A stretch of DNA of 64,000 nt from Lingula anatina (lineage: Eukaryota > Animalia > Brachiopoda). The position numbers and the translations under genes are program-made. The stretch is taken from the NCBI GenBank assembly GCA_051362555.1, contig CM120644.1, positions 70,954 through 134,953 of the forward strand. The letters are read 5' to 3'. A model generated the notes under the pieces. It ran no database searches, had not been told where the DNA came from, and saw nothing but the letters and a program-made list of their open reading frames with translations. Of the stretch, positions 1 through 15,000 are shown one piece after another (position 1 is the first letter of the stretch; each line of letters begins with the position of its first letter).

Positions 1-3000
1 CAGCGCAGTCATCGGCGGCCAGGGCACACTCATCTACGTCGGCACACGCTGTGCCGTCGCCGGTGAAGCCAGCCAGGCAGGTTGCAGGTGAAACTGCCCA
101 CGGTGTTGGCGCAGGTGGCATTCTCAGCGCAGTCATCGGCGGCCAGGGCACACTCATCTACGTCGGCACACGCTGTGCCGTCGCCGGTGAAGCCAGCCAG
201 GCAGGTGCAGGTGAAACTGCCCACGGTGTTGGCGCAGGTGGCATTCTCAGCGCAGTCATCGGCGGGCCAGGGCACACTCATCTACGTCGGCACACGCTGT
301 GCCGTCGCCGGTGAAGCCAGCCAGGCAGGTGCAGGTGAAACTGCCACGGTGTTGGCGCAGGGTGGCATTCTCAGCGCAGTCATCGGCGGCCAGGGCACAC
401 TCATCTACGTCGGCACACGCTGTGCCGTCGCCGGTGAAGCCAGCCAGGCAGGTGCAGGTGAAACTGCCCACGGTGTTGGCGCAGGTGGCATTCTCAGCGC
501 AGTCATCGGCGGCCAGGGCACACTCATCTACGTCGGCACACGCTGTGCCGTCGCCGGTGAAGCCAGCCAGGCAGGTGCAGGTGAAACTGCCCACGGTGTT
601 GGCGCAGGTGGCATTCTCAGCGCAGTCATCGGCGGCCAGGGCACACTCATCTACGTCGGCACACGCTGTGCCGTCGCCGGTGAAGCCAGCCAGGCAGGTG
701 CAGGTGAAACTGCCCACGGTGTTGGCGCAGGTGGCATTCTCAGCGCAGTCATCGGCGGCCAGGGCACACTCATCTACGTCGGCACACGCTGTGCCGTCGC
801 CGGTGAAGCCAGCCAGGCAGGTGCAGGTGAAACTGCCCACGGTGTTGGCGCAGGTGGCATTCTCAGCGCAGTCATCGGCGGCCAGGGCACACTCATCTAC
901 GTCGGCACACGCTGTGCCGTCGCCGGTGAAGCCAGCCAGGCAGGTGCAGGTGAAACTGCCCACGGTGTTGGCGCAGGTGGCATTCTCAGCGCAGTCATCG
1001 GCGGCCAGGGCACACTCATCTACGTCGGCACACGCTGTGCCGTCGCCGGTGAAGCCAGCCAGGCAGGTGCAGGTGAAACTGCCCACGGTGTTGGCGCAGG
1101 TGGCATTCTCAGCGCAGTCATCGGCGGCCAGGGCACACTCATCTACGTCGGCACACGCTGTGCCGTCGCCGGTGAAGCCAGCCAGGCAGGTGCAGGTGAA
1201 ACTGCCCACGGTGTTGGCGCAGGTGGCATTCTCAGCGCAGTCATCGGCGGCCAGGGCACACTCATCTACGTCGGCACACGCTGTGCCGTCGCCGGTGAAG
1301 CCAGCCAGGCAGGTGCAGGTGAAACTGCCCACGGTGTTGGCGCAGGTGGCATTCTCAGCGCAGTCATCGGCGGCCAGGGCACACTCATCTACGTCGGCAC
1401 ACGCTGTGCCGTCGCCGGTGAAGCCAGCCAGGCAGGTGCAGGTGAAACTGCCACGGTGTTGGCGCAGGTGGCATTCTCAGCGCAGTCATCGGCGGCCAGG
1501 GCACACTCATCTACGTCGGCACACGCTGTGCCGTCGCCGGTGAAGCCAGCCAGGCAGGTGCAGGTGAAACTGCCCACGGTGTTGGCGCAGGTGGCATTCT
1601 CAGCGCAGTCATCGGCGGCCAGGGCACACTCATCTACGTCGGCACACGCTGTGCCGTCGCCGGTGAAGCCAGCCAGGCAGGTGCAGGTGAAACTGCCCAC
1701 GGTGTTGGCGCAGGTGGCATTCTCAGCGCAGTCATCGGCGGCCAGGGCACACTCATCTACGTCGGCACACGCTGTGCCGTCGCCGGTGAAGCCAGCCAGG
1801 CAGGTGCAGGTGAAACTGCCCACGGTGTTGGCGCAGGTGGCATTCTCAGCGCAGTCATCGGCGGCCAGGGCACACTCATCTACGTCGGCACACGCTGTGC
1901 CGTCGCCGGTGAAGCCAGCCAGGCAGGTGCAGGTGAAACTGCCCACGGTGTTGGCGCAGGTGGCATTCTCAGCGCAGTCATCGGCGGCCCAGGGCACACT
2001 CATCTACGTCGGCACACGCTGTGCCGTCGCCGGTGAAGCCAGCCAGGCAGGTGCAGGTGAAACTGCCCACGGTGTTGGCGCAGGTGGCATTCTCAGCGCA
2101 GTCATCGGCGGCCAGGGCACACTCATCTACGTCGGCACACGCTGTGCCGTCGCCGGTGAAGCCAGCCAGGCAGGTGCAGGTGAAACTGCCCACGGTGTTG
2201 GCGCAGGTGGCATTCTCAGCGCAGTCATCGGCGGCCAGGGCACACTCATCTACGTCGGCACACGCTGTGCCGTCGCCGGTGAAGCCAGCCAGGCAGGTGC
2301 AGGTGAAACTGCCCACGGTGTTGGCGCAGGTGGCATTCTCAGCGCAGTCATCGGCGGCCAGGGCACACTCATCTACGTCGGCACACGCTGTGCCGTCGCC
2401 GGTGAAGCAGCAGGCAGGTGCAGGTGAAACTGCCCACGGTGTTGGCGCAGGTGGCATTCTCAGCGCAGTCATCGGCGGCCAGGGCACACTCATCTACGTC
2501 GGCACACGCTGTGCCGTCGCCGGTGAAGCCAGCCAGGCAGGTGCAGGTGAAACTGCCCACGGTGTTGGCGCAGGTGGCATTCTCAGCGCAGTCATCGGCG
2601 GCCAGGGCACACTCATCTACGTCGGCACACGCTGTGCCGTCGCCGGTGAAGCCAGCCAGGCAGGTGCAGGTGAAACTGCCCACGGTGTTGGCGCAGGTGG
2701 CATTCTCAGCGCAGTCATCGGCGGCCAGGGCACACTCATCTACGTCGGCACACGCTGTGCCGTCGCCGGTGAAGCCAGCCAGGCAGGTGCAGGTGAAACT
2801 GCCCACGGTGTTGGCGCAGGTGGCATTCTCAGCGCAGTCATCGGCGGCCAGGGCACACTCATCTACGTCGGCACACGCTGTGCCGTCGCCGGTGAAGCCA
2901 GCCAGGCAGGTGCAGGTGAAACTGCCCACGGTGTTGGCGCAGGTGGCATTCTCAGCGCAGTCATCGGCGGCCAGGGCACACTCATCTACGTCGGCACACG

Positions 3001-6000
3001 CTGTGCCGTCGCCGGTGAAGCCAGCCAGGCAGGTGCAGGTGAAACTGCCCACGGTGTTGGCGCAGGTGGCATTCTCAGCGCAGTCATCGGCGGCCAGGGC
3101 CACACTCATCTACGTCGGGCACACGGCTGTGCCGTCGCCGGTGAAGCCAGCAGGCAGGTGCAGGTGAAACTGCCCACGGTGTTGGCGCAGGTGGCATTCT
3201 CAGCGCAGTCATCGGCGGCCAGGGCACACTCATCTACGTCGGCACACGCTGTGCCGTCGCCGGTGAAGCCAGCCAGGCAGGTGCAGGTGAAACTGCCCAC
3301 GGTGTTGGCGCAGGTGGCATTCTCAGCGCAGTCATCGGCGGCCAGGGCACACTCATCTACGTCGGCACACGCTGTGCCGTCGCCGGTGAAGCCAGCCAGG
3401 CAGGTGCAGGTGAAACTGCCCACGGTGTTGGCGCAGGTGGCATTCTCAGCGCAGTCATCGGCGGCCAGGGCACACTCATCTACGTCGGCACACGCTGTGC
3501 CGTCGCCGGTGAAGCCAGCCAGGCAGGTGCAGGTGAAACTGCCCACGGTGTTGGCGCAGGTGGCATTCTCAGCGCAGTCATCGGCGGCCAGGGCACACTC
3601 ATCTACGTCGGCACACGCTGTGCCGTCGCCGGTGAAGCCAGCCAGGCAGGTGCAGGTGAAACTGCCCACGGTGTTGGCGCAGGTGGCATTCTCAGCGCAG
3701 TCATCGGCGGCCAGGGCACACTCATCTACGTCGGCACACGCTGTGCCGTCGCCGGTGAAGCCAGCCAGGCAGGTGCAGGTGAAACTGCCCACGGTGTTGG
3801 CGCAGGTGGCATTCTCAGCGCAGTCATCGGCGGCCAGGGCACACTCATCTACGTCGGCACACGCTGTGCCCGTCGCCGGTGAAGCCAGCCAGGCAGGTGC
3901 AGGTGAAACTGCCCACGGTGTTGGCGCAGGTGGCATTCTCAGCGCAGTCATCGGCGGCCAGGGCACACTCATCTACGTCGGCACACGCTGTGCCGTCGCC
4001 GGTGAAGCCAGCCAGGCAGGTGCAGGTGAAACTGCCCACGGTGTTGGCGCAGGTGGCATTCTCAGCGCAGTCATCGGCGGCCAGGGCACACTCATCTACG
4101 TCGGCACACGCTGTGCCGTCGCCGGTGAAGCCAGCCAGGCAGGTGCAGGTGAAACTGCCACGGTGTTGGCGCAGGTGGCATTCTCAGCGCAGTCATCGGC
4201 GGCCAGGGCACACTCATCTACGTCGGCACACGCTGTGCCGTCGCCGGTGAAGCCAGCCAGGCAGGTGCAGGTGAAACTGCCCACGGTGTTGGCGCAGGTG
4301 GCAATTCTCAGCGCAGTCATCGGCGGCCAGGGCACACTCATCTACGTCGGCACACGCTGTGCCGTCGCCGGTGAAGCCAGCCAGGCAGGTGCAGGTGAAA
4401 CTGCCCACGGTGTTGGCGCAGGTGGCATTCTCAGCGCAGTCATCGGCGGCCAGGGCACACTCATCTACGTCGGCACACGCTGTGCCGTCGCCGGTGAAGC
4501 CAGCCAGGCAGGTGCAGGTGAAACTGCCCACGGTGTTGGCGCAGGTGGCATTCTCAGCGCAGTCATCGGCGGCCAGGGCACACTCATCTACGTCCGGCAC
4601 ACGCTGTGCCGTCGCCGGTGAAGCCAGCCAGGCAGGTGCAGGTGAAACTGCCCACGGTGTTGGCGCAGGTGGCATTCTCAGCGCAGTCATCGGCGGCCAG
4701 GGCACACTCATCTACGTCGGCACACGCTGTGCCGTCGCCGGTGAAGCCAGCCAGGCAGGTGCAGGTGAAACTGCCCACGGTGTTGGCGCAGGTGGCATTC
4801 TCAGCGCAGTCATCGGCGGCCAGGGCACACTCATCTACGTCGGCACACGCTGTGCCGTCGCCGGTGAAGCCAGCCAGGCAGGTGCAGGTGAAACTGCCCA
4901 CGGTGTTGGCGCAGGTGGCATTCTCAGCGCAGTCATCGGCGGCCAGGGCACACTCATCTACGTCGGCACACGCTGTGCCGTCGCCGGTGAAGCCAGCCAG
5001 GCAGGTGCAGGTGAAACTGCCCACGGTGTTGGCGCAGGTGGCATTCTCAGCGCAGTCATCGGCGGCCAGGGCACACTCATCTACGTCGGCACACGCTGTG
5101 CCGTCGCCGGTGAAGCCAGCCAGGCAGGTGCAGGTGAAACTGCCCACGGTGTTGGGCGCAGGTGGCATTCTCAGCGCAGTCATCGGCGGCCAGGGCACAC
5201 TCATCTACGTCGGCACACGCTGTGCCGTCGCCGGTGAAGCCAGCCAGGCAGGTGCAGGTGAAACTGCCCACGGTGTTGGCGCAGGTGGCATTCTCAGCGC
5301 AGTCATCGGCGGCCAGGGCACACTCATCTACGTCGGCACACGCTGTGCCGTCGCCGGTGAAGCCAGCCAGGCAGGTGCAGGTGAAACTGCCCACGGTGTT
5401 GGCGCAGGTGGCATTCTCAGCGCAGTCATCGGCGGCCAGGGCACACTCATCTACGTCGGCACACGCTGTGCCGTCGCCGGTGAAGCCAGCCAGGCAGGTG
5501 CAGGTGAAACTGCCCACGGTGTTGGCGCAGGTGGCATTCTCAGCGCAGTCATCGGCGGCCAGGGCACACTCATCTACGTCGGCACACGCTGTGCCGTCGC
5601 CGGTGAAGCCAGCCAGGCAGGTGCAGGTGAAACTGCCCACGGTGTTGGCGCAGGTGGCATTCTCAGCGCAGTCATCGGCGGCCAGGGCACACTCATCTAC
5701 GTCGGCACACGCTGTGCCGTCGCCGGTGAAGCCAGCCAGGCAGGTGCAGGTGAAACTGCCCACGGTGTTGGCGCAGGTGGCATTCTCAGCGCAGTCATCG
5801 GCGGCCAGGGCACACTCATCTACGTCGGCACACGCTGTGCCGTCGCCGGTGAAGCCAGCCAGGCAGGTGCAGGTGAAACTGCCCACGGTGTTGGCGCAGG
5901 TGGCATTCTCAGCGCAGTCATCGGCGGCCAGGGCACACTCATCTACGTCGGCACACGCTGTGCCGTCGCCGGTGAAGCCAGCCAGGCAGGTGCAGGTGAA

Positions 6001-9000
6001 ACTGCCCACGGTGTTGGCGCAGGTGGCATTCTCAGCGCAGTCATCGGCGGCCAGGGCACACTCATCTACGTCGGCACACGCTGTGCCGTCGCCGGTGAAG
6101 CCAGCCAGGCAGGTGCAGGTGAAACTGCCCACGGTGTTGGCGCAGGTGGCATTCTCAGCGCAGTCATCGGCGGCCAGGGCACACTCATCTACGTCGGCAC
6201 ACGCTGTGCCGTCGCCGGTGAAGCCAGCCAGGCAGGTGCAGGTGAAACTGCCCACGGTGTTGGCGCAGGTGGCATTCTCAGCGCAGTCATCGGCGGCCAG
6301 GGCACACTCATCTACGTCGGCACACGCTGTGCCGTCGCCGGTGAAGCCAGCCAGGCAGGTGCAGGTGAAACTGCCCACGGTGTTGGCGCAGGTGGCATTC
6401 TCAGCGCAGTCATCGGCGGCCAGGGCACACTCATCTACGTCGGCACACGCTGTGCCGTCGCCGGTGAAGCCAGCCAGGCAGGTGCAGGTGAAACTGCCCA
6501 CGGTGTTGGCGCAGGTGGCATTCTCAGCGCAGTCATCGGCGGCCAGGGCACACTCATCTACGTCGGCACACGCTGTGCCGTCGCCGGTGAAGCCAGCCAG
6601 GCAGGTGCAGGTGAAACTGCCCACGGTGTTGGCGCAGGTGGCATTCTCAGCGCAGTCATCGGCGGCCAGGGCACACTCATCTACGTCGGCACACGCTGTG
6701 CCGTCGCCGGTGAAGCCAGCCAGGCAGGTGCAGGTGAAACTGCCCACGGTGTTGGCGCAGGTGGCATTCTCAGCGCAGTCATCGGCGGCCAGGGCACACT
6801 CATCTACGTCGGCACACGCTGTGCCGTCGCCGGTGAAGCCAGCCAGGCAGGTGCAGGTGAAACTGCCCACGGTGTTGGCGCAGGTGGCATTCTCAGCGCA
6901 GTCATCGGCGGCCAGGGCACACTCATCTACGTCGGCACACGCTGTGCCGTCGCCGGTGAAGCCAGCCAGGCAGGTGCAGGTGAAACTGCCCACGGTGTTG
7001 GCGCAGGTGGCATTCTCAGCGCAGTCATCGGCGGCCAGGGCACACTCATCTACGTCGGCACACGCTGTGCCGTCGCCGGTGAAGCCAGCCAGGCAGGTGC
7101 AGGTGAAACTGCCCACGGTGTTGGCGCAGGTGGCATTCTCAGCGCAGTCATCGGCGGCCAGGGCACACTCATCTACGTCGGCACACGCTGTGCCGTCGCC
7201 GGTGAAGCCAGCCAGGCAGGTGCAGGTGAAACTGCCCACGGTGTTGGCGCAGGTGGCATTCTCAGCGCAGTCATCGGCGGCCAGGGCACACTCATCTACG
7301 TCGGCACACGCTGTGCCGTCGCCGGTGAAGCCAGCCAGGCAGGTGCAGGTGAAACTGCCCACGGTGTTGGCGCAGGTGGCATTCTCAGCGCAGTCATCGG
7401 CGGCCAGGGCACACTCATCTACGTCGGCACACGCTGTGCCGTCGCCGGTGAAGCCAGCCAGGCAGGTGCAGGTGAAACTGCCCACGGTGTTGGCGCAGGT
7501 GGCATTCTCAGCGCAGTCATCGGCGGCCAGGGCACACTCATCTACGTCGGCACACGCTGTGCCGTCGCCGGTGAAGCCAGCCAGGCAGGTGCAGGTGAAA
7601 CTGCCCACGGTGTTGGCGCAGGTGGCATTCTCAGCGCAGTCATCGGCGGCCAGGGCACACTCATCTACGTCGGCACACGCTGTGCCGTCGCCGGTGAAGC
7701 CAGCCAGGCAGGTGCAGGTGAAACTGCCCACGGTGTTGGCGCAGGTGGCATTCTCAGCGCAGTCATCGGCGGCCAGGGCACACTCATCTACGTCGGCACA
7801 CGCTGTGCCGTCGCCGGTGAAGCCAGCCAGGCAGGTGCAGGTGAAACTGCCCACGGTGTTGGCGCAGGTGGCATTCTCAGCGCAGTCATCGGCGGCCAGG
7901 GCACACTCATCTACGTCGGCACACGCTGTGCCGTCGCCGGTGAAGCCAGCCAGGCAGGTGCAGGTGAAACTGCCCACGGTGTTGGCGCAGGTGGCATTCT
8001 CAGCGCAGTCATCGGCGGCCAGGGCACACTCATCTACGTCGGCACACGCTGTGCCGTCGCCGGTGAAGCCAGCCAGGCAGGTGCAGGTGAAACTGCCCAC
8101 GGTGTTGGCGCAGGTGGCATTCTCAGCGCAGTCATCGGCGGCCAGGGCACACTCATCTACGTCGGCACACGCTGTGCCGTCGCCGGTGAAGCCAGCCAGG
8201 CAGGTGCAGGTGAAACTGCCCACGGTGTTGGCGCAGGTGGCATTCTCAGCGCAGTCATCGGCGGCCAGGGCACACTCATCTACGTCGGCACACGCTGTGC
8301 CGTCGCCGGTGAAGCCAGCCAGGCAGGTGCAGGTGAAACTGCCCACGGTGTTGGCGCAGGTGGCATTCTCAGCGCAGTCATCGGCGGCCAGGGCACACTC
8401 ATCTACGTCGGCACACGCTGTGCCGTCGCCGGTGAAGCCAGCCAGGCAGGTGCAGGTGAAACTGCCCACGGTGTTGGCGCAGGTGGCATTCTCAGCGCAG
8501 TCATCGGCGGCCAGGGCACACTCATCTACGTCGGCACACGCTGTGCCGTCGCCGGTGAAGCCAGCCAGGCAGGTGCAGGTGAAACTGCCCACGGTGTTGG
8601 CGCAGGTGGCATTCTCAGCGCAGTCATCGGCGGCCAGGGCACACTCATCTACGTCGGCACACGCTGTGCCGTCGCCGGTGAAGCCAGCCAGGCAGGTGCA
8701 GGTGAAACTGCCCACGGTGTTGGCGCAGGTGGCATTCTCAGCGCAGTCATCGGCGGCCAGGGCACACTCATCTACGTCGGCACACGCTGTGCCGTCGCCG
8801 GTGAAGCCAGCCAGGCAGGTGCAGGTGAAACTGCCCACGGTGTTGGCGCAGGTGGCATTCTCAGCGCAGTCATCGGCGGCCAGGGCACACTCATCTACGT
8901 CGGCACACGCTGTGCCGTCGCCGGTGAAGCCAGCCAGGCAGGTGCAGGTGAAACTGCCCACGGTGTTGGCGCAGGTGGCATTCTCAGCGCAGTCATCGGC

Positions 9001-12000
9001 GGCCAGGGCACACTCATCTACGTCGGCACACGCTGTGCCGTCGCCGGTGAAGCCAGCCAGGCAGGTGCAGGTGAAACTGCCCACGGTGTTGGCGCAGGTG
9101 GCATTCTCAGCGCAGTCATCGGCGGCCAGGGCACACTCATCTACGTCGGCACACGCTGTGCCGTCGCCGGTGAAGCCAGCCAGGCAGGTGCAGGTGAAAC
9201 TGCCCACGGTGTTGGCGCAGGTGGCATTCTCAGCGCAGTCATCGGCGGCCAGGGCACACTCATCTACGTCGGCACACGCTGTGCCGTCGCCGGTGAAGCC
9301 AGCCAGGCAGGTGCAGGTGAAACTGCCCACGGTGTTGGCGCAGGTGGCATTCTCAGCGCAGTCATCGGCGGCCAGGGCACACTCATCTACGTCGGCACAC
9401 GCTGTGCCGTCGCCGGTGAAGCCAGCCAGGCAGGTGCAGGTGAAACTGCCCACGGTGTTGGCGCAGGTGGCATTCTCAGCGCAGTCATCGGCGGCCAGGG
9501 CACACTCATCTACGTCGGCACACGCTGTGCCGTCGCCGGTGAAGCCAGCCAGGCAGGTGCAGGTGAAACTGCCCACGGTGTTGGCGCAGGTGGCATTCTC
9601 AGCGCAGTCATCGGCGGCCAGGGCACACTCATCTACGTCGGCACACGCTGTGCCGTCGCCGGTGAAGCCAGCCAGGCAGGTGCAGGTGAAACTGCCCACG
9701 GTGTTGGCGCAGGTGGCATTCTCAGCGCAGTCATCGGCGGCCAGGGCACACTCATCTACGTCGGCACACGCTGTGCCGTCGCCGGTGAAGCCAGCCAGGC
9801 AGGTGCAGGTGAAACTGCCCACGGTGTTGGCGCAGGTGGCATTCTCAGCGCAGTCATCGGCGGCCAGGGCACACTCATCTACGTCGGCACACGCTGTGCC
9901 GTCGCCGGTGAAGCCAGCCAGGCAGGTGCAGGTGAAACTGCCCACGGTGTTGGCGCAGGTGGCATTCTCAGCGCAGTCATCGGCGGCCAGGGCACACTCA
10001 TCTACGTCGGCACACGCTGTGCCGTCGCCGGTGAAGCCAGCCAGGCAGGTGCAGGTGAAACTGCCCACGGTGTTGGCGCAGGTGGCATTCTCAGCGCAGT
10101 CATCGGCGGCCAGGGCACACTCATCTACGTCGGCACACGCTGTGCCGTCGCCGGTGAAGCCAGCCAGGCAGGTGCAGGTGAAACTGCCCACGGTGTTGGC
10201 GCAGGTGGCATTCTCAGCGCAGTCATCGGCGGCCAGGGCACACTCATCTACGTCGGCACACGCTGTGCCGTCGCCGGTGAAGCCAGCCAGGCAGGTGCAG
10301 GTGAAACTGCCCACGGTGTTGGCGCAGGTGGCATTCTCAGCGCAGTCATCGGCGGCCAGGGCACACTCATCTACGTCGGCACACGCTGTGCCGTCGCCGG
10401 TGAAGCCAGCCAGGCAGGTGCAGGTGAAACTGCCCACGGTGTTGGCGCAGGTGGCATTCTCAGCGCAGTCATCGGCGGCCAGGGCACACTCATCTACGTC
10501 GGCACACGCTGTGCCGTCGCCGGTGAAGCCAGCCAGGCAGGTGCAGGTGAAACTGCCCACGGTGTTGGCGCAGGTGGCATTCTCAGCGCAGTCATCGGCG
10601 GCCAGGGCACACTCATCTACGTCGGCACACGCTGTGCCGTCGCCGGTGAAGCCAGCCAGGCAGGTGCAGGTGAAACTGCCCACGGTGTTGGCGCAGGTGG
10701 CATTCTCAGCGCAGTCATCGGCGGCCAGGGCACACTCATCTACGTCGGCACACGCTGTGCCGTCGCCGGTGAAGCCAGCCAGGCAGGTGCAGGTGAAACT
10801 GCCCACGGTGTTGGCGCAGGTGGCATTCTCAGCGCAGTCATCGGCGGCCAGGGCACACTCATCTACGTCGGCACACGCTGTGCCGTCGCCGGTGAAGCCA
10901 GCCAGGCAGGTGCAGGTGAAACTGCCCACGGTGTTGGCGCAGGTGGCATTCTCAGCGCAGTCATCGGCGGCCAGGGCACACTCATCTACGTCGGCACACG
11001 CTGTGCCGTCGCCGGTGAAGCCAGCCAGGCAGGTGCAGGTGAAACTGCCCACGGTGTTGGCGCAGGTGGCATTCTCAGCGCAGTCATCGGCGGCCAGGGC
11101 ACACTCATCTACGTCGGCACACGCTGTGCCGTCGCCGGTGAAGCCAGCCAGGCAGGTGCAGGTGAAACTGCCCACGGTGTTGGCGCAGGTGGCATTCTCA
11201 GCGCAGTCATCGGCGGCCAGGGCACACTCATCTACGTCGGCACACGCTGTGCCGTCGCCGGTGAAGCCAGCCAGGCAGGTGCAGGTGAAACTGCCCACGG
11301 TGTTGGCGCAGGTGGCATTCTCAGCGCAGTCATCGGCGGCCAGGGCACACTCATCTACGTCGGCACACGCTGTGCCGTCGCCGGTGAAGCCAGCCAGGCA
11401 GGTGCAGGTGAAACTGCCCACGGTGTTGGCGCAGGTGGCATTCTCAGCGCAGTCATCGGCGGCCAGGGCACACTCATCTACGTCGGCACACGCTGTGCCG
11501 TCGCCGGTGAAGCCAGCCAGGCAGGTGCAGGTGAAACTGCCCACGGTGTTGGCGCAGGTGGCATTCTCAGCGCAGTCATCGGCGGCCAGGGCACACTCAT
11601 CTACGTCGGCACACGCTGTGCCGTCGCCGGTGAAGCCAGCCAGGCAGGTGCAGGTGAAACTGCCCACGGTGTTGGCGCAGGTGGCATTCTCAGCGCAGTC
11701 ATCGGCGGCCAGGGCACACTCATCTACGTCGGCACACGCTGTGCCGTCGCCGGTGAAGCCAGCCAGGCAGGTGCAGGTGAAACTGCCCACGGTGTTGGCG
11801 CAGGTGGCATTCTCAGCGCAGTCATCGGCGGCCAGGGCACACTCATCTACGTCGGCACACGCTGTGCCGTCGCCGGTGAAGCCAGCCAGGCAGGTGCAGG
11901 TGAAACTGCCCACGGTGTTGGCGCAGGTGGCATTCTCAGCGCAGTCATCGGCGGCCAGGGCACACTCATCTACGTCGGCACACGCTGTGCCGTCGCCGGT

Positions 12001-15000
12001 GAAGCCAGCCAGGCAGGTGCAGGTGAAACTGCCCACGGTGTTGGCGCAGGTGGCATTCTCAGCGCAGTCATCGGCGGCCAGGGCACACTCATCTACGTCG
12101 GCACACGCTGTGCCGTCGCCGGTGAAGCCAGCCAGGCAGGTGCAGGTGAAACTGCCCACGGTGTTGGCGCAGGTGGCATTCTCAGCGCAGTCATCGGCGG
12201 CCAGGGCACACTCATCTACGTCGGCACACGCTGTGCCGTCGCCGGTGAAGCCAGCCAGGCAGGTGCAGGTGAAACTGCCCACGGTGTTGGCGCAGGTGGC
12301 ATTCTCAGCGCAGTCATCGGCGGCCAGGGCACACTCATCTACGTCGGCACACGCTGTGCCGTCGCCGGTGAAGCCAGCCAGGCAGGTGCAGGTGAAACTG
12401 CCCACGGTGTTGGCGCAGGTGGCATTCTCAGCGCAGTCATCGGCGGCCAGGGCACACTCATCTACGTCGGCACACGCTGTGCCGTCGCCGGTGAAGCCAG
12501 CCAGGCAGGTGCAGGTGAAACTGCCCACGGTGTTGGCGCAGGTGGCATTCTCAGCGCAGTCATCGGCGGCCAGGGCACACTCATCTACGTCGGCACACGC
12601 TGTGCCGTCGCCGGTGAAGCCAGCCAGGCAGGTGCAGGTGAAACTGCCCACGGTGTTGGCGCAGGTGGCATTCTCAGCGCAGTCATCGGCGGCCAGGGCA
12701 CACTCATCTACGTCGGCACACGCTGTGCCGTCGCCGGTGAAGCCAGCCAGGCAGGTGCAGGTGAAACTGCCCACGGTGTTGGCGCAGGTGGCATTCTCAG
12801 CGCAGTCATCGGCGGCCAGGGCACACTCATCTACGTCGGCACACGCTGTGCCGTCGCCGGTGAAGCCAGCCAGGCAGGTGCAGGTGAAACTGCCCACGGT
12901 GTTGGCGCAGGTGGCATTCTCAGCGCAGTCATCGGCGGCCAGGGCACACTCATCTACGTCGGCACACGCTGTGCCGTCGCCGGTGAAGCCAGCCAGGCAG
13001 GTGCAGGTGAAACTGCCCACGGTGTTGGCGCAGGTGGCATTCTCAGCGCAGTCATCGGCGGCCAGGGCACACTCATCTACGTCGGCACACGCTGTGCCGT
13101 CGCCGGTGAAGCCAGCCAGGCAGGTGCAGGTGAAACTGCCCACGGTGTTGGCGCAGGTGGCATTCTCAGCGCAGTCATCGGCGGCCAGGGCACACTCATC
13201 TACGTCGGCACACGCTGTGCCGTCGCCGGTGAAGCCAGCCAGGCAGGTGCAGGTGAAACTGCCCACGGTGTTGGCGCAGGTGGCATTCTCAGCGCAGTCA
13301 TCGGCGGCCAGGGCACACTCATCTACGTCGGCACACGCTGTGCCGTCGCCGGTGAAGCCAGCCAGGCAGGTGCAGGTGAAACTGCCCACGGTGTTGGCGC
13401 AGGTGGCATTCTCAGCGCAGTCATCGGCGGCCAGGGCACACTCATCTACGTCGGCACACGCTGTGCCGTCGCCGGTGAAGCCAGCCAGGCAGGTGCAGGT
13501 GAAACTGCCCACGGTGTTGGCGCAGGTGGCATTCTCAGCGCAGTCATCGGCGGCCAGGGCACACTCATCTACGTCGGCACACGCTGTGCCGTCGCCGGTG
13601 AAGCCAGCCAGGCAGGTGCAGGTGAAACTGCCCACGGTGTTGGCGCAGGTGGCATTCTCAGCGCAGTCATCGGCGGCCAGGGCACACTCATCTACGTCGG
13701 CACACGCTGTGCCGTCGCCGGTGAAGCCAGCCAGGCAGGTGCAGGTGAAACTGCCCACGGTGTTGGCGCAGGTGGCATTCTCAGCGCAGTCATCGGCGGC
13801 CAGGGCACACTCATCTACGTCGGCACACGCTGTGCCGTCGCCGGTGAAGCCAGCCAGGCAGGTGCAGGTGAAACTGCCCACGGTGTTGGCGCAGGTGGCA
13901 TTCTCAGCGCAGTCATCGGCGGCCAGGGCACACTCATCTACGTCGGCACACGCTGTGCCGTCGCCGGTGAAGCCAGCCAGGCAGGTGCAGGTGAAACTGC
14001 CCACGGTGTTGGCGCAGGTGGCATTCTCAGCGCAGTCATCGGCGGCCAGGGCACACTCATCTACGTCGGCACACGCTGTGCCGTCGCCGGTGAAGCCAGC
14101 CAGGCAGGTGCAGGTGAAACTGCCCACGGTGTTGGCGCAGGTGGCATTCTCAGCGCAGTCATCGGCGGCCAGGGCACACTCATCTACGTCGGCACACGCT
14201 GTGCCGTCGCCGGTGAAGCCAGCCAGGCAGGTGCAGGTGAAACTGCCCACGGTGTTGGCGCAGGTGGCATTCTCAGCGCAGTCATCGGCGGCCAGGGCAC
14301 ACTCATCTACGTCGGCACACGCTGTGCCGTCGCCGGTGAAGCCAGCCAGGCAGGTGCAGGTGAAACTGCCCACGGTGTTGGCGCAGGTGGCATTCTCAGC
14401 GCAGTCATCGGCGGCCAGGGCACACTCATCTACGTCGGCACACGCTGTGCCGTCGCCGGTGAAGCCAGCCAGGCAGGTGCAGGTGAAACTGCCCACGGTG
14501 TTGGCGCAGGTGGCATTCTCAGCGCAGTCATCGGCGGCCAGGGCACACTCATCTACGTCGGCACACGCTGTGCCGTCGCCGGTGAAGCCAGCCAGGCAGG
14601 TGCAGGTGAAACTGCCCACGGTGTTGGCGCAGGTGGCATTCTCAGCGCAGTCATCGGCGGCCAGGGCACACTCATCTACGTCGGCACACGCTGTGCCGTC
14701 GCCGGTGAAGCCAGCCAGGCAGGTGCAGGTGAAACTGCCCACGGTGTTGGCGCAGGTGGCATTCTCAGCGCAGTCATCGGCGGCCAGGGCACACTCATCT
14801 ACGTCGGCACACGCTGTGCCGTCGCCGGTGAAGCCAGCCAGGCAGGTGCAGGTGAAACTGCCCACGGTGTTGGCGCAGGTGGCATTCTCAGCGCAGTCAT
14901 CGGCGGCCAGGGCACACTCATCTACGTCGGCACACGCTGTGCCGTCGCCGGTGAAGCCAGCCAGGCAGGTGCAGGTGAAACTGCCCACGGTGTTGGCGCA

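Noticed and set aside
1-5160. Frameshifts suggesting a pseudogene or programmed phase variation in the EGF array
   Set aside because: All ~17 are single-base gains or losses in homopolymer runs, with no substitutions, and they cluster toward the window edge. This is typical of long-read error in a poorly polished repeat.
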